Shown: positions 1 through 10,606, counted from the stretch's first letter. The stretch: DNA of 64,000 nt from an uncultured Phycisphaerales bacterium (GCA_963758525.1 CAVWVQ010000003.1:2496001-2560000), one strand, 5' to 3'. Notes: a model not told the origin generated them from the letters alone. Translations and numbers: made by a program.

Positions 1-1523
1 TTCTCGTCGATTTTGATGGAACTGGTTCCGACGATGCAGCATTTGCCCCAGCCGCGCGCGACGACCGCCGCGTGGCTGGTCATGCCGCCGGTGCTGGTGA
101 GGATTCCGACCGCCGAGTGCATTCCCTGCACGTCTTCGGGGCTGGTTTCCTTGCGGATCAGCAGCACTTTCTCGCCCGACTGGGCCCGCTCGTGGGCTTC
201 ATTCGCGGTGAAGGCGGGCTTGCCGACGGCTGCTCCGGGCGAGGCGGGAAGGCCCTTGGCAATCACGATTCGCTCGGCATTGGGATCGAACATCGGATGC
301 AGAAGCTGATCGAGGCTCGCCGGATCGATGCGTTTGACGGCGGTCTGCTCGTCGATCAATTTTTCCTTCACCATATCGACGGCGATCTTTACCGCCGCGA
401 CGGTGTTGCGCTTGCCGGTGCGCGTCTGCAGCATGTAAAGAGTCCCCTTTTCGATGGTGAACTCGAAATCCTGCATGTCCTTGTAGCGAGCTTCGAGCAG
501 GTCTTTCACGTTGAGCAGCTCCTGCCAGCCCTTCTTCGACCATTTGCCCATTTCGGTGGCGCAGTCGAGCGGCGTGCGGATGCCGGCGACCACGTCTTCG
601 CCCTGGGCGTTGATGAGGAACTCGCCGTAAAATTTATTTTCGCCCGTGCTGGGATTGCGAGTAAACGCGACGCCGGTGGCAGAGTCGTCGCCCATGTTCC
701 CGAAGACCATCGTCTGAACGTTGACGGCGGTTCCCGCCAGCCCGCGAATGTCGTTGATCTGGCGATACGAAATGGCGCGGTCGCCCATCCAGCTCTTGAA
801 AACGGCTTCGATCGCGTGCTCGAGCTGAAGCATCGGATTTTCCGGGAAGGGGGAGCCGACGTGCTGCTCGAATACTTTCTTGTAGCGCGAGACGACGTCC
901 TTGAGGCCCTCGGTGTCCAGATCGGTGTCGAGCTGAACGCCTTTTTCCTGTTTGACGGCAGACAATTCGTGCTCGAAATGCTCGTGATCGACGCCCATGA
1001 CGGTGTCGCCGAACATGTTGATCAGCCGGCGATAGCTGTCGTAGGCAAAGCGTTCGTTGCCGCTGAGATCCGCGATGGCCGCGACGACCTTGTCATTGAG
1101 GCCGATGTTCAGCACGGTGTCCATCATGCCGGGCATCGAGACTTTCGCGCCGGAGCGAACGGCGACCAGCAGCGGATTGCGCACGTCGCCGAATCGTTTG
1201 CCGCTGGCTTTTTCCACTTTCGCGAGATTGGTGCGCACTTCGTCCATCAGCCCGCGGGGAAGCTTCTGGCCCAAATCGTTGTATTCCTTGCAGGTTTGGG
1301 TGGTGATCGTGAAGCCGGGCGGAACCGGAAGCTTGGCAAGCGTCATGTCGGCGAGGTTGGCGCCCTTGCCGCCGAGGAGATCCTTGAGATGAACGCCTCC
1401 CTCGGCTTTTCCCGCGCCGAAGAAGTAAACGCGCTTGGCCGTTTTGATTTTCGGGGCGGCTTGCACAGGAGCGGCTGGTTTCTTCGGCTTCGGCTTCGGC
1501 TTCGGCTTGGTCATCAACTTCAT
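1..1523 (-). CDS. ppdK: Pyruvate, phosphate dikinase (3' end runs off the window)
   Basis: Manual minus-strand translation from ATG 1523: MKLMTKPKPKPKPKKP...KRVYFFGAGKAEGGVHLKDLLGGKGANLADM...LLVAVRSGAKVSMPGMMDT. The phospho-His motif GGMTSHAAVVARG near 60-90 is in the same frame. Not in the ORF track because there is no stop in the window. Confidence 0.96.
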   Translation of the reverse strand, partial: MKLMTKPKPKPKPKKPAAPVQAAPKIKTAKRVYFFGAGKAEGGVHLKDLLGGKGANLADMTLAKLPVPPGFTITTQTCKEYNDLGQKLPRGLMDEVRTNLAKVEKASGKRFGDVRNPLLVAVRSGAKVSMPGMMDTVLNIGLNDKVVAAIADLSGNERFAYDSYRRLINMFGDTVMGVDHEHFEHELSAVKQEKGVQLDTDLDTEGLKDVVSRYKKVFEQHVGSPFPENPMLQLEHAIEAVFKSWMGDRAISYRQINDIRGLAGTAVNVQTMVFGNMGDDSATGVAFTRNPSTGENKFYGEFLINAQGEDVVAGIRTPLDCATEMGKWSKKGWQELLNVKDLLEARYKDMQDFEFTIEKGTLYMLQTRTGKRNTVAAVKIAVDMVKEKLIDEQTAVKRIDPASLDQLLHPMFDPNAERIVIAKGLPASPGAAVGKPAFTANEAHERAQSGEKVLLIRKETSPEDVQGMHSAVGILTSTGGMTSHAAVVARGWGKCCIVGTSSIKIDE

Positions 1524-1675
1524 GGTACGGTCTCCGGCATCGGCTCGAACTCATCGGGCCTGAACAGTTCGTGCTTGGGATGTATCCGCCAACGGGGGAA
1601 AGGCTGTGCCGGCGCATTACCGACAATTTGGTGAGCGACTCCTCCAGCAGAATCCGCCAAGCGTGAAAGGCCGGA

Positions 1676-1703
1676 AGTATAGAAACGAGGGTGGGGATGT
1701 CAA
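1676..1703 (-). promoter_or_regulatory. Sigma70-type promoter for ppdK
   Basis: Minus strand TTGACA (1703-1698), 16 bp spacer, TATACT (1681-1676). Confidence 0.7.
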
Positions 1704-1737
1704 TTTTGCGGGGGAATACGGGCCGTGCCCCTCGTCC

Positions 1738-1853
1738 TCCAATGCCCAAGGCCCGATGGCCAACAAAATCCCAAGGAGCCAATGACCAATGGCACGCGTC
1801 AACCTTGGGCCTTGAGATTTGGTGCTTTGTTGGCCATTGGCCCTTGGTCATTT
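1738..1853. repeat. Imperfect palindrome built from CCAATGR/CCAAGGN heptamers
   Basis: Left arm AATGCCCAAGGCCCGATGGCCAACAA pairs with right arm TTGTTGGCCATTGGCCCTTGGTCATT; internal CCAATGA-CCAATGG units. Confidence 0.7.
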
Positions 1854-1895
1854 TCTTCCCCCCTCGTTTCGTTCTCCAAGGCCCAATAGGCAAGC

Positions 1896-2708
1896 TCACG
1901 CTTTAAGCTCTTCGAGAAGCACCGCGTGCGCGGCTGGACCGCCGGCCAGAAACGGCACTTTTGCGCCGCTGTAGTTCCTCAAATCGAACGGGAAAACAGG
2001 CTTTCCCTGCAAATCGGTGATTACGCCGCCAGCCTCCAGCACGATGGCGGCCGGGGCGACAACGTCCCAGAGCTTGCCGTTGACGGTGACAGCGCCATGC
2101 GCGACGCCGGCGGCGACGAGGACCGCCTCGAGTGCGGCGGAGCCGAGCATGCGGATCTTCCAATCGGTCTGGGAAATCCAGCGCGTCGCCCAGGAAGGGC
2201 AGCCGGTGGCGTAATTGAGGTTGCTGGTGCACATCAACAGGGAACTGTCGCTTAGCGGGGTGGTCAGCACTTGCAGGGGGCGATCGTCAAGCCAGGCGCC
2301 GTGGCCGGCGGCGGCGGAGTACATCTGATTGCGCGTGACGTCGAACACTACGCCCAGAACGGGATTGCCCCCAGCGAGCAGGCCGATGCACACCGCGAAG
2401 TTTCCCAGGCCGGCAACGAAGTTATTGGTGCCGTCGATCGGATCGATGACCCACACGCGGCCTTTCGGATCAACCGTTTCAAAAGTGATGGCGTCGCCGG
2501 TTTCGTTCTCTTCGCCAATAAATCCATCGGTGGGAAAACGCTTCTTGAGCGCGGCGACGATAAACCGCTGGCTGGCGCGATCGGCGTCGGTGACCGCTTC
2601 GGCCTGCCGTTTGGTCAGGCGGGCCACTTTCCCGTAATGATCCGAGACGATCTTGCCGGCTCCGCGAGCAATCTCAATCGCGGTCTTCAACTCTTCGCTG
2701 GACGACAT
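1896..2708 (-). CDS. suhB: Inositol monophosphatase family protein (SuhB-like)
   Basis: Motifs VTDAD, GEE, WVIDPIDGTNNF, RMLGSAAL, WDVVAP; start taken as MSSSEELK at 2708. Confidence 0.88.
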   Translation of the reverse strand: MSSSEELKTAIEIARGAGKIVSDHYGKVARLTKRQAEAVTDADRASQRFIVAALKKRFPTDGFIGEENETGDAITFETVDPKGRVWVIDPIDGTNNFVAGLGNFAVCIGLLAGGNPVLGVVFDVTRNQMYSAAAGHGAWLDDRPLQVLTTPLSDSSLLMCTSNLNYATGCPSWATRWISQTDWKIRMLGSAALEAVLVAAGVAHGAVTVNGKLWDVVAPAAIVLEAGGVITDLQGKPVFPFDLRNYSGAKVPFLAGGPAAHAVLLEELKA

Positions 2709-2719
2709 GAGAGCTCCGC

Positions 2720-3208
2720 TCAGAACTGAATCTTCACTCCATGGAAGTTGATGCTCTCGCCCAGGTGAAGCCGGAATGATTGGCTCGTGGAAGGCGGCTG
2801 ATCCGGGGAGCCTGCCGGTGGCGTCGTTGGCGCGGCGGGCATTGCCGGCCCCGGCAGACCGTTCTGCTGCTGTTGCTGCATTTGTCTTTGTTGCTGCTGG
2901 TGGGCCCACTTCATGAAGGAGACGCCGAAGGTCAACGCCAGAACGATGATCAGCAGATCAAACGCCAGTCCGATACATCCCATGATCAGCCCGGCCTTGG
3001 CCATTCCCTCGCCGCTGCCGGTGCCGTCGCGCACTTTGTTGCGTGCGATGATCCCGAAGATAATGGCCAGGATTCCGCAGATCGCGGCAAGCCATGAGAG
3101 ACAGACGAACAGCGAAATGATCCCCAGCACCATGCTGGCGATCGCCAGCCCGGCGGACGGCGGCGGAGGATTGTATGCGTAGTTTGGTTGCATCTGCGAT
3201 TGAGACAT
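2720..3208 (-). CDS. DUF4190-like membrane protein
   Basis: Pro-rich N-terminus, then [14 protein letters not shown]...[11 protein letters not shown]...[12 protein letters not shown]; Gln/Pro-rich tail; GGAG upstream of ATG. Confidence 0.75.
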   Translation of the reverse strand: MSQSQMQPNYAYNPPPPSAGLAIASMVLGIISLFVCLSWLAAICGILAIIFGIIARNKVRDGTGSGEGMAKAGLIMGCIGLAFDLLIIVLALTFGVSFMKWAHQQQQRQMQQQQQNGLPGPAMPAAPTTPPAGSPDQPPSTSQSFRLHLGESINFHGVKIQF

Positions 3209-3310
3209 GGGCGGCTCCCTCGATTCTAAAAGAGGACTTGGTTCGCAACTCCGGCAACGGCGCCGCAAATGTAATTGACGATGGACTGCCGAGTCAAAGG
3301 CGCGATTTGC

Positions 3311-3339
3311 TTGCTCCGGCGCGTCGCCTTCAATACGCT
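3311..3339 (+). promoter_or_regulatory. Putative sigma70 promoter giving a leaderless sucD mRNA
   Basis: TTGCTC-17 bp-TACGCT, then 6 nt to ATG 3346; no Shine-Dalgarno. Confidence 0.5.
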
Positions 3340-3345
3340 TTGCGT

Positions 3346-4251
3346 ATGAGCATACTGGTCAATCGCGACACGAAAGTCATCTGTCAGGGCATTACCGGGG
3401 CGGCCGGGGCGTTTCATACGAAAGGATGCCTCGAGTACGGCACGAAGATGGTGGGGGGCGTGACGCCTGGCAAAGGCGGGATGAAGGACGCCAACGGATT
3501 GCCCATCTTCGACACCGTGCAGCAGGCGGTCACCGCGACGGGCGCTTCGGCGACGATGATTTTCGTACCTCCGCCGTTCGCGGCAGATGCGATCATGGAA
3601 GCGGCCGATGCCGGAATCGCGGTGATCACTGCCATCACCGAGGGCATTCCAGTGCTCGACATGATCAAAGTGAAGGCGTTTCTCAAGGATCGGCCCCGGA
3701 GCGTTTTGATCGGCCCGAATTGTCCGGGAGTGATCACGCCCGGCGAGTGCAAAATCGGAATCATGCCCGGATACATTCACACGCCGGCGGGCGAAGCAAA
3801 GAGCGGGAAGAAGGTGGGGATCATCAGCCGCAGCGGCACGCTGACGTACGAAGCCGTCTGGCAGTGCTCGACGCGCGGAATCGGTCAAACGACGTGCGTC
3901 GGCATCGGCGGAGACCCGGTGAAAGGACTCAACTTCATCGAGCTGCTCAAGCTCTTTGCCGACGATCGGGAAACCGACGGAATCATCGTCATCGGAGAAA
4001 TCGGTGGATCAGACGAAGAAGCCGCCGCCGCATTTGTGAAGAGCCAGGTGAAAAAGCCGGTCGTGGCGTTCATTGCCGGGCGGACTGCGCCGCCCGGCCG
4101 GCGCATGGGTCACGCCGGCGCCATCATCAGCGGGGGCGAGGGTTCAGCCGACTCGAAGATCGCGGCGATGCGGGCCGCGCAGATTTCCGTCGCCGAAAGT
4201 CCCGCCACGATCGGAGAGACGATGGCCACGGCGCTGGGCGTGGCGGCGTAG
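3346..4251 (+). CDS. sucD: Succinyl-CoA synthetase alpha subunit
   Basis: [47 protein letters not shown] (phospho-His). Confidence 0.97.
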   Translation: MSILVNRDTKVICQGITGAAGAFHTKGCLEYGTKMVGGVTPGKGGMKDANGLPIFDTVQQAVTATGASATMIFVPPPFAADAIMEAADAGIAVITAITEGIPVLDMIKVKAFLKDRPRSVLIGPNCPGVITPGECKIGIMPGYIHTPAGEAKSGKKVGIISRSGTLTYEAVWQCSTRGIGQTTCVGIGGDPVKGLNFIELLKLFADDRETDGIIVIGEIGGSDEEAAAAFVKSQVKKPVVAFIAGRTAPPGRRMGHAGAIISGGEGSADSKIAAMRAAQISVAESPATIGETMATALGVAA

Positions 4252-4257
4252 GGCGCG

Positions 4258-4587
4258 TCAACCTCCTGCATCTTCGTCGCCGACTTCTCGGATGGCCTGC
4301 ATTCTTCCGTGTCGAACGCACAGCACCCGAACCAAAGACTGATCGTTATCGACCTCGAAGATGATTCGGTGGGATTTGTATACGAGTTGCCGAAGTCTTC
4401 TGCCAGGAACGTACTGCCGTTCGCGGGCAGCAGCGTATCGATGTGGAAACAGTTCAAGCGTATTGATTTTGCGGTAAACGCCCAACAGCCATTTGGCCGC
4501 ATTCTGTTCCGAATGTGCAAAAATAAATTCAAATGCCGCCGTGATATTGCGCCTCGCTTCCGGCGTGATCACTACGGAGAATTTCAC
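4258..4587 (-). CDS. Type II TA toxin, RelE/ParE family
   Basis: MKFSVVITPEARRNI...LELFPHRY...LRQLVYKSHRIIFEVD...VRVLCVRHG; its GTG start overlaps the TGA of the upstream antitoxin. Confidence 0.85.
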   Translation of the reverse strand: MKFSVVITPEARRNITAAFEFIFAHSEQNAAKWLLGVYRKINTLELFPHRYAAARERQYVPGRRLRQLVYKSHRIIFEVDNDQSLVRVLCVRHGRMQAIREVGDEDAGG

Positions 4588-4873
4588 TTAAGCTTGATTC
4601 CATGTTTGGCAGCGAGTTCGCGGAGGAATTCTCGCGCCGGCTGGAGCTCGCCGCGGTCCGCTTCGTCGAGACCACGCTTCAGCCCCGCGAGAGTATCAGC
4701 CAGTTCCGCCTGCTCCCACAGTTTCTGATATGCGCCGCGCTCTGCACGACAACGGCCGCTTGACCGTTGACGGTCAAGATCTCGGGAGCGCCGGTTTTCT
4801 TCAACCGCTGAATGGACTCTTTCGTCTTTCGCGTGAAGTCGGTTAGCGGGTGGACATTCTTCAATTGCCTCAT
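4584..4873 (-). CDS. Phd/YefM family antitoxin (1-bp frameshift near 4733)
   Basis: MRQLKNVHPLTDFTRKTKESIQRLKKTGAPEILTVNGQAAVVVQSAA; restoring one base continues AYQKLWEQAELADTLAGLKRGLDEADRGELQPAREFLRELAAKHGIKLK* with the stop at 4584-4586. Confidence 0.85.
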
Positions 4874-4940
4874 AATTTTACACGCTTTCAGCTGCGCTGC
4901 ATCTACCAGAAGCTTACAATTCGACCCAGGAATTCGCCAT

Positions 4941-6309
4941 CTACTTCTGCGCGGCCGATTGGTCTTTCGATTGTTCCGGCTTGCTCGCCATCACTTTTGC
5001 GCCTTCGATCACGCGTTCGCCGGGATTGGCGATCACTTGCTCATCACCACTGAGCCCCTCGGTGATCTCCACGTTTTTGCCGTAGTCGATCCCGAGCTTC
5101 ACCTGGACGAAATGTGCTTTGCCGTCCTGGATGATCGCGACCTGGTTCCCGTCTGAGTTCTGCACCAGCGCCGGGCCGGGCACGAGAAGCGGGACCGAGG
5201 TGCGATGCACTTCGAACGTCACGTCGACATACATGCCTGGCAGCAGCGCCCCGTCCTGATTGGGCACTTTGATCTCAGTCAGCAGGGAACGGCTGGCCGG
5301 ATCGAGATAGTTGGTCGTTCCCAGCACCTGGCCGGTGAAGACGCGACCGGGCCGCTCGGCGCGGTGATCCTGGCGGGCATCGCCTGCTTGATCGACAGGC
5401 GCTGGACTGGGGCACGTTGACAAAAACGCGCAGCACGTCGTTCTCCGCGATCTTGTACATCGGCTTGGTGTTGACGTCGGTGGGATCAGCCACAATCAGC
5501 GCGCCGGTGTCATACGCACGCCCGGTGACGACTCCGTCGAAGGGAGCGATGATGCTTTCGAAAGATTGCAGGTCCGAAAGTCGTTTCACATTCGCCTCGG
5601 CGGCTGCAACGTTGGCCTGGGCAGATTGAACGGTGGCGGCGGCCGCGTTCATGTCGGCGGTCTTCTGATCGAGATCCTGCTGCGTCACGCCAGAGGTTCC
5701 TCTCAGCGATGCGAACCGCCGATAGGTCACTTGCGCGATCTGCAGATCGCTCTGCGCCTTGGTGACGGCGGCCTGCATCTGCAGCAGGGCGGCCCGGGCC
5801 TGCAGAAGCTGCTGGTCGACGTCCGGCGCGTCAATCTTCGCCAGCAACTGCCCCTTTTTCACATGATTGCTGATGTCAGCCCACCATGGCCCAAGATAGC
5901 CCGTCGTGCGGGCATAGATCGACGTCTCCTGTGTCGGGCGCAGGGTGCCGGGCACGCTGATATCGACGTCGGCCTTGGAGGGTTGGGGAGCGACCGCGTT
6001 GACAGGCACTGCCGCGTCACGCTCCGCCGCCGCCTCGTCGGCAATCTGACGGTTCTGGCGCGTCCGAGGGATCAGACCGGTCAGGAACAGCGCTGCGATC
6101 AGCACGCCGACCACGATCGCGGTAACGATCATCCCGCCGCGCTTCGGCTTGGTCACCTCGCCCCAGTCGTCATGATCCGCAGGCTTGCTCTGCGGCGGCG
6201 CAGCGCCGTTGCCGTTCCGCTCGCGTGCCGGGCGCGAGGGGGCGGTTTCTTCCCGGCACCGCGGTGGCGCCGATGGCGCGGGCGGCGGCGATACTTGCGT
6301 GCTTTCCAT
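4941..6309 (-). CDS. RND efflux periplasmic adaptor (MFP); two 1-bp frameshifts near 5365-5397
   Basis: N-terminal TM, IYARTTGYL...VKKGQLLAKI, IIAPFDGVVT. The C-terminal half (ERPGRVFTGQV...LLPGMYV...VEITEGL) is in ORF 4941..5495. Confidence 0.88.
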
Positions 6310-6441
6310 CTGACAACTCCTTACGTCCTCAACATCAATCTGCTCACTGAGCTTGCGCAATCACGCGCTTCTCAAAACCGCTTAGCGGCTGCCCCAAGGG
6401 CAGCGGAGTCACTTGCACGTGCGCTACTCGCCCACGCTCAT

Positions 6442-9400
6442 TTAATCCTGCAATTCAGGTTCCAGCGCCTTGTGCGGCGGCGCGGTTCGCAAGGCGCTAT
6501 AAACGACCGGCACGAAAAAGAGTGTGGCGAACGTCGCCAGGCTCAATCCTCCGATCACGGCCCGTCCCAGCGGGGCGTTTTGCTCGCCGCCCTCGCCCAG
6601 ACCTAGTGACATCGGCAACATTCCGATAATCATTGCCAACGCCGTCATGATGACAGGGCGCAGGCGAGTCATTCCGGCGGCAAAGGCCGCGTCATGAGAG
6701 CTGGACTCATGTTCTTTGCGATGATCGTTGGCAAAGGTGATCATCAGAATGCTGTTTGCCGTCGCGACGCCAACGCACATGATCGAGCCCATCAGACTTG
6801 GCACGCTGATGGTGGTGCGCGTGGCGTAAAGCATCCACAAGATGCCGGCAATCGCGCCCGGAAGCGCCATGAGAATGATCAGCGGATCGAGCCAGCTTTG
6901 GAAGTTCACCACCATCAGCAGATAGACGAGAATGACCGCGCCGACGATGCCAACCGCCAGCGCCTCAAACGAGCTGTTCATGCTCTGCACCTGTCCGCGC
7001 ACCACGATCTTGGTGCCCGCGGGAAGTTTGGGCGTGATCTGATCGATGAGCTTCTGGATCTGGCTTGAGACGCTGCCCAGGTCGGAATTCTGCACGTTGG
7101 CCTGAATGTCGAAGGTGGGGGCGATGTTGTAGTGAGTGATGTTGGTGGCACTGGAGCCGCGGCCGATGGTGGCCATGTTTTCCAGCATTTGCGGATCGGT
7201 CATTCCTGGCACCACGACCGGCGTGTTGCCCAGCGCCTCGAAAGAATCGACCTTGTATTGCGGAGTCATGACCGAGACGGAATAGGAGACGCCCAGTTTC
7301 GGGTCGAGCCAATAGTTGGGCGATGTCTGCCCGCTGGAGGAGAGGGAGATCAGCAGGTCGTTGGAGACGTCGCGCTGCGCGATGCCCATCTGCCCGGCCC
7401 GCGCGCGATCGGCGATCACGCGCAGATCGGGCGTCCGGGCGACCTGATGAATGTGAACGTCAACGGCGCCCGGAATTCCCGCAATCTCGCTTCTCAATTC
7501 CTCGGCCACGGCCAGGTTCTTCTCATTGTTCAACTTGCTCCCGACAATCTGCACGTCGATCGGCGCGGGAAGCCCGAAGTTCAATACCTGCGTGGCAATG
7601 TCCGCGGGCTGAAACCAAAAACCCAACTCGGGAAACTGCGTGGGAAGCTGCTTGCGCAACGCTTCCACATACCGCGCCGTGGGATGGTGGTTTTCCTTGA
7701 GGTCGATGAGGATTTCGCCGTCGGCGGGCGAAATCTGCGAGCCGTCGCTCAGCGACATATTGATGGCACTGTTGGGGATTCCGATGTTGTCGAGCACCAC
7801 CTCCACTTCGTCGGCGGGAATCTGCGTGCGCAGATAGGCCTCGACTTTTCCGAAGTATCGCTCGGTGTCTTCAAGCCGCGTGCCGGCCGGGGCACGCACA
7901 TGCAGGCGGATCTTGCCGGCATCGACGCTGGGGAAGAAATCGCGGCCGATGGCGGGGAGCAGCATGCACGACAAGACCACCATCGTCGCGAAGAGGCCGA
8001 CGACGATCCCGCGATGCTCCAGCGCCAGCGTCAGGTAGCCGCCGTAGAACCGGCGGAATTTCTCGAAGTAAACGTTGAATTTCTCGTGCGTCCGCCAGAT
8101 CCAATTGTTCTCAAAAATTTCATAGCCGATCCCCAGCACCAGAACAATTCCGACGGCCACGCGCAATACGTCGAGCATGAAGCGAAAAGGCGTTTGCTTC
8201 GCCGCGTTCGTCAGATCGGCGGCAAACGGAGTGTGCGCAAGGACCGCTCCGCGCGGTCCAGCCGGGAGCAGGCAGACGATTCCAGCCGCGATTAAAAGCC
8301 CGACCGCCGCCAGCGAGCACCACTTGAGCGACCAGAGCAGTGACTGCAGAAAACCGACGTGCAGATCGCGCGGCCCGTGCTCGTGTTTATATCCTTCCTG
8401 CTCGACGCCGCCGTACAGATCGACTTCGCTCTCCAGCAGGTAGTGAACCAGCGTCGGCACCAGCGTTCGGCTCAGCAGGTAGCTGGTGAGCATCGCGAAG
8501 ACCACGGCCATCGCCAGCGGCACGAACAGCGACTTGGCGGCGCCGGTGATAAACCAGACGGGAACGAAGACAATACAGATGCACAAAGTGGAGACGAAAG
8601 CGGGGACGGCGATCTGCTGCGCCCCGTCGAGAATCGCCTGCACCAGGCGCTTGCGCTGGTGAAGATTGCGGTGGATGTTTTCGATCTCGACGGTTGCGTC
8701 GTCGACCAGAATTCCCACCGCCAGCGCCATGCCGCCCAAGGTCATCACATTGAGCGTTTCGCCCAGGGCCCAGAGCACGATAATCGACACGATGATCGAG
8801 AGCGGAATCGAGACGCAGATGATCAGCGTGCTGCGCCACGACCCCAGGAACAGCAGAATCATCAGCCCGGTCAGGCCGGCGGCGATCACCGCTTCCTTCA
8901 CGACGCCCCAGACCGCGGCCCGCACGAAAATCGACTGATCGAACAGCGGCGTGACTTTCAGTTCCTTGTAGCCAGGCACGCGCGGCAGGACGCCAGGGAC
9001 CGCCTCGCGGACGCGCTTGACGATGTCCAGCGTGGAAGCGTTTCCCAGCTTATAGACCGGCTCCAGAACCCCCTTTTTGCCGTCAATGTGCACCAGATTG
9101 GTCTGCGGCAAAAACTTGTCCGCGACATGGGCAACGTCCTTGATGAAGACAGTGCTCCCGTTGACGGTTTTGATCGGCAGATCGTTGAGCCCCAGCACCG
9201 TATCGGGGCTGGAGTTGACGTGGACGGCATACTCCTGCGTGCCGATCTTGGCGGTGCCGGAGGGAACGATCAGATTCTGGGTGTTGATCGCGTTGGAGAC
9301 GTCGGCGGCGGAAAGCCCGAATCCCATCAGCTTCTGGGGGTCCAGATCGACCATGATCTGCCGTTGTTTCCCGCCATAAGGCCACGGCAGCATCGCCCCC

Positions 9401-9909
9401 TGCACCGTCGCCAGCTCCGGACGCAGGAAGTTGTTGGTGATATCAAAAAGTTGCTGCTCAGGGAGCGTGTTGCTTCCCAGCGAAAGCTGCAGAATCGGTA
9501 CAGTGGAGGCGCTGTAGCGAAGCATCAGCGGCGGCTGTATGCCCGGGGGCATCTGCCGCAGCGATGTCTGCGAGATGGCGGTCACCTGCGCCTCGGCCTC
9601 GGCGATTTTGGCGCCGGGCTGGAAATAAATACGGACAACGCCTTCCCCGTTGATCGACTGGCTCTCGATGTGCTCGATGTCGTTGACGGTGGTCGTCAGA
9701 ATCCCTTCATACGGGCGGATGATGCGCCCTTCCATTTCCTCGGGGCTCATGCCGGTGTACTGCCAGATCACTGAGATGACCGGGATGTCGACTTCCGGGA
9801 AAATGTCGGTGGGCATGTGGGTGATGACGAAGGCCCCCATCAGGACAATGAGCATTGCCATGACCACAAATGTGTAGGGCCGTCGCAGAGCAAGCCGAAC
9901 AATCCACAT
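6442..9909 (-). CDS. RND efflux transporter permease subunit (AcrB/CusA superfamily)
   Basis: 1155 aa; MWIVRLALRRPYTF, GILVDDATVEIENI, RLRPVIMTALAMIIGMLP. Confidence 0.95.
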   Translation of the reverse strand: MWIVRLALRRPYTFVVMAMLIVLMGAFVITHMPTDIFPEVDIPVISVIWQYTGMSPEEMEGRIIRPYEGILTTTVNDIEHIESQSINGEGVVRIYFQPGAKIAEAEAQVTAISQTSLRQMPPGIQPPLMLRYSASTVPILQLSLGSNTLPEQQLFDITNNFLRPELATVQGAMLPWPYGGKQRQIMVDLDPQKLMGFGLSAADVSNAINTQNLIVPSGTAKIGTQEYAVHVNSSPDTVLGLNDLPIKTVNGSTVFIKDVAHVADKFLPQTNLVHIDGKKGVLEPVYKLGNASTLDIVKRVREAVPGVLPRVPGYKELKVTPLFDQSIFVRAAVWGVVKEAVIAAGLTGLMILLFLGSWRSTLIICVSIPLSIIVSIIVLWALGETLNVMTLGGMALAVGILVDDATVEIENIHRNLHQRKRLVQAILDGAQQIAVPAFVSTLCICIVFVPVWFITGAAKSLFVPLAMAVVFAMLTSYLLSRTLVPTLVHYLLESEVDLYGGVEQEGYKHEHGPRDLHVGFLQSLLWSLKWCSLAAVGLLIAAGIVCLLPAGPRGAVLAHTPFAADLTNAAKQTPFRFMLDVLRVAVGIVLVLGIGYEIFENNWIWRTHEKFNVYFEKFRRFYGGYLTLALEHRGIVVGLFATMVVLSCMLLPAIGRDFFPSVDAGKIRLHVRAPAGTRLEDTERYFGKVEAYLRTQIPADEVEVVLDNIGIPNSAINMSLSDGSQISPADGEILIDLKENHHPTARYVEALRKQLPTQFPELGFWFQPADIATQVLNFGLPAPIDVQIVGSKLNNEKNLAVAEELRSEIAGIPGAVDVHIHQVARTPDLRVIADRARAGQMGIAQRDVSNDLLISLSSSGQTSPNYWLDPKLGVSYSVSVMTPQYKVDSFEALGNTPVVVPGMTDPQMLENMATIGRGSSATNITHYNIAPTFDIQANVQNSDLGSVSSQIQKLIDQITPKLPAGTKIVVRGQVQSMNSSFEALAVGIVGAVILVYLLMVVNFQSWLDPLIILMALPGAIAGILWMLYATRTTISVPSLMGSIMCVGVATANSILMITFANDHRKEHESSSHDAAFAAGMTRLRPVIMTALAMIIGMLPMSLGLGEGGEQNAPLGRAVIGGLSLATFATLFFVPVVYSALRTAPPHKALEPELQD

Positions 9910-9947
9910 ATGTCACCTGCCAGTGGGCGCCTTCCGCGCGTTGCCAG

Positions 9948-10430
9948 TTACAACTTGGGGGCTGGTAATCGATCTGTATGAAACAGTTCCCGCAGCGCGC
10001 CCATCGCGTCGCAAATGGCCTGGCGCTGTTGCGGCGTTAATTTTTCGAGTTCCGCGGCAAGCTGCGGCTCGGCCGCCTTGCGCGTGCCGTTCATCGCGGC
10101 CTTGCCCTTGGCGCTGAGCGTCAGCGAGACATGCCGACGATCGTCGCTGCCGGCGCGACGCAGGACATAGCCGCGGTCGACCAGCCCGTTGACCATGCGA
10201 GACATCGCCGGGAGCGAGAGGTCCAGATGATCGGCCACCGCCGAGAGGGAGGCCCCTTCGTAATGGCTGAGAAAGCAGAGCGTCCGGAACTGCGGCACCG
10301 ACACCCCAGCCGCCCGGTTGCCCCGCATGACCACGCGAATGGAGCGAAGCACGCCGGGAACCACGTCCAGCAGCTCGCGCCCGCATTCCATTGCCGTGGC
10401 AGAATCAGTTGCGTCTGCTAATAGTTGCAT
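9948..10430 (-). CDS. MarR family transcriptional regulator
   Basis: SVPQFRTL...SLPAMSRMVNGLVDRGYVLR...DDRR...LTLSAKG winged-helix pattern; first gene of the efflux operon. Confidence 0.92.
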   Translation of the reverse strand: MQLLADATDSATAMECGRELLDVVPGVLRSIRVVMRGNRAAGVSVPQFRTLCFLSHYEGASLSAVADHLDLSLPAMSRMVNGLVDRGYVLRRAGSDDRRHVSLTLSAKGKAAMNGTRKAAEPQLAAELEKLTPQQRQAICDAMGALRELFHTDRLPAPKL

Positions 10431-10437
10431 TGTGATA

Positions 10438-10465
10438 AGTATAGGCGGTACGACGCGAGAGTCAA
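10438..10465 (-). promoter_or_regulatory. Sigma70 promoter giving a leaderless marR mRNA
   Basis: TTGACT (10465-10460)-16 bp-TATACT (10443-10438)-7 nt-ATG (10430). The imperfect palindrome TACTTATCACAATGCAACTA spanning the start may be the MarR operator. Confidence 0.65.
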
Positions 10466-10479
10466 ATCGGTTCCCGTGA

Positions 10480-10606
10480 GGGTTCAGGGGTCAGGGTTCA
10501 GGTAAGGATGTCGGTTTTTTTCTTCGGCGCGGGGCCATAGCTGAAGAGGCCAACGATCAAAGTTCGGCAAATCGGCTGCCGACTCTTTCCTGACACCCTG
10601 AACCCT
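10480..10606. repeat. GGGTTCA-heptamer inverted element
   Basis: GGGTTCA-GGGGTCA-GGGTTCA at about 10480-10500, and the complementary CCTGACACCCTGAACCCT at about 10589-10606. Same family as 41909-41971. Confidence 0.65.

Noticed and set aside
72..1634. 520-aa plus-strand ORF and similar long antisense ORFs (e.g. 8359..9774, 37911..39317, 48757..50124, 52922..54616)
   Set aside because: Shadow frames opposite well-supported genes in GC-rich DNA, with no recognisable motifs.
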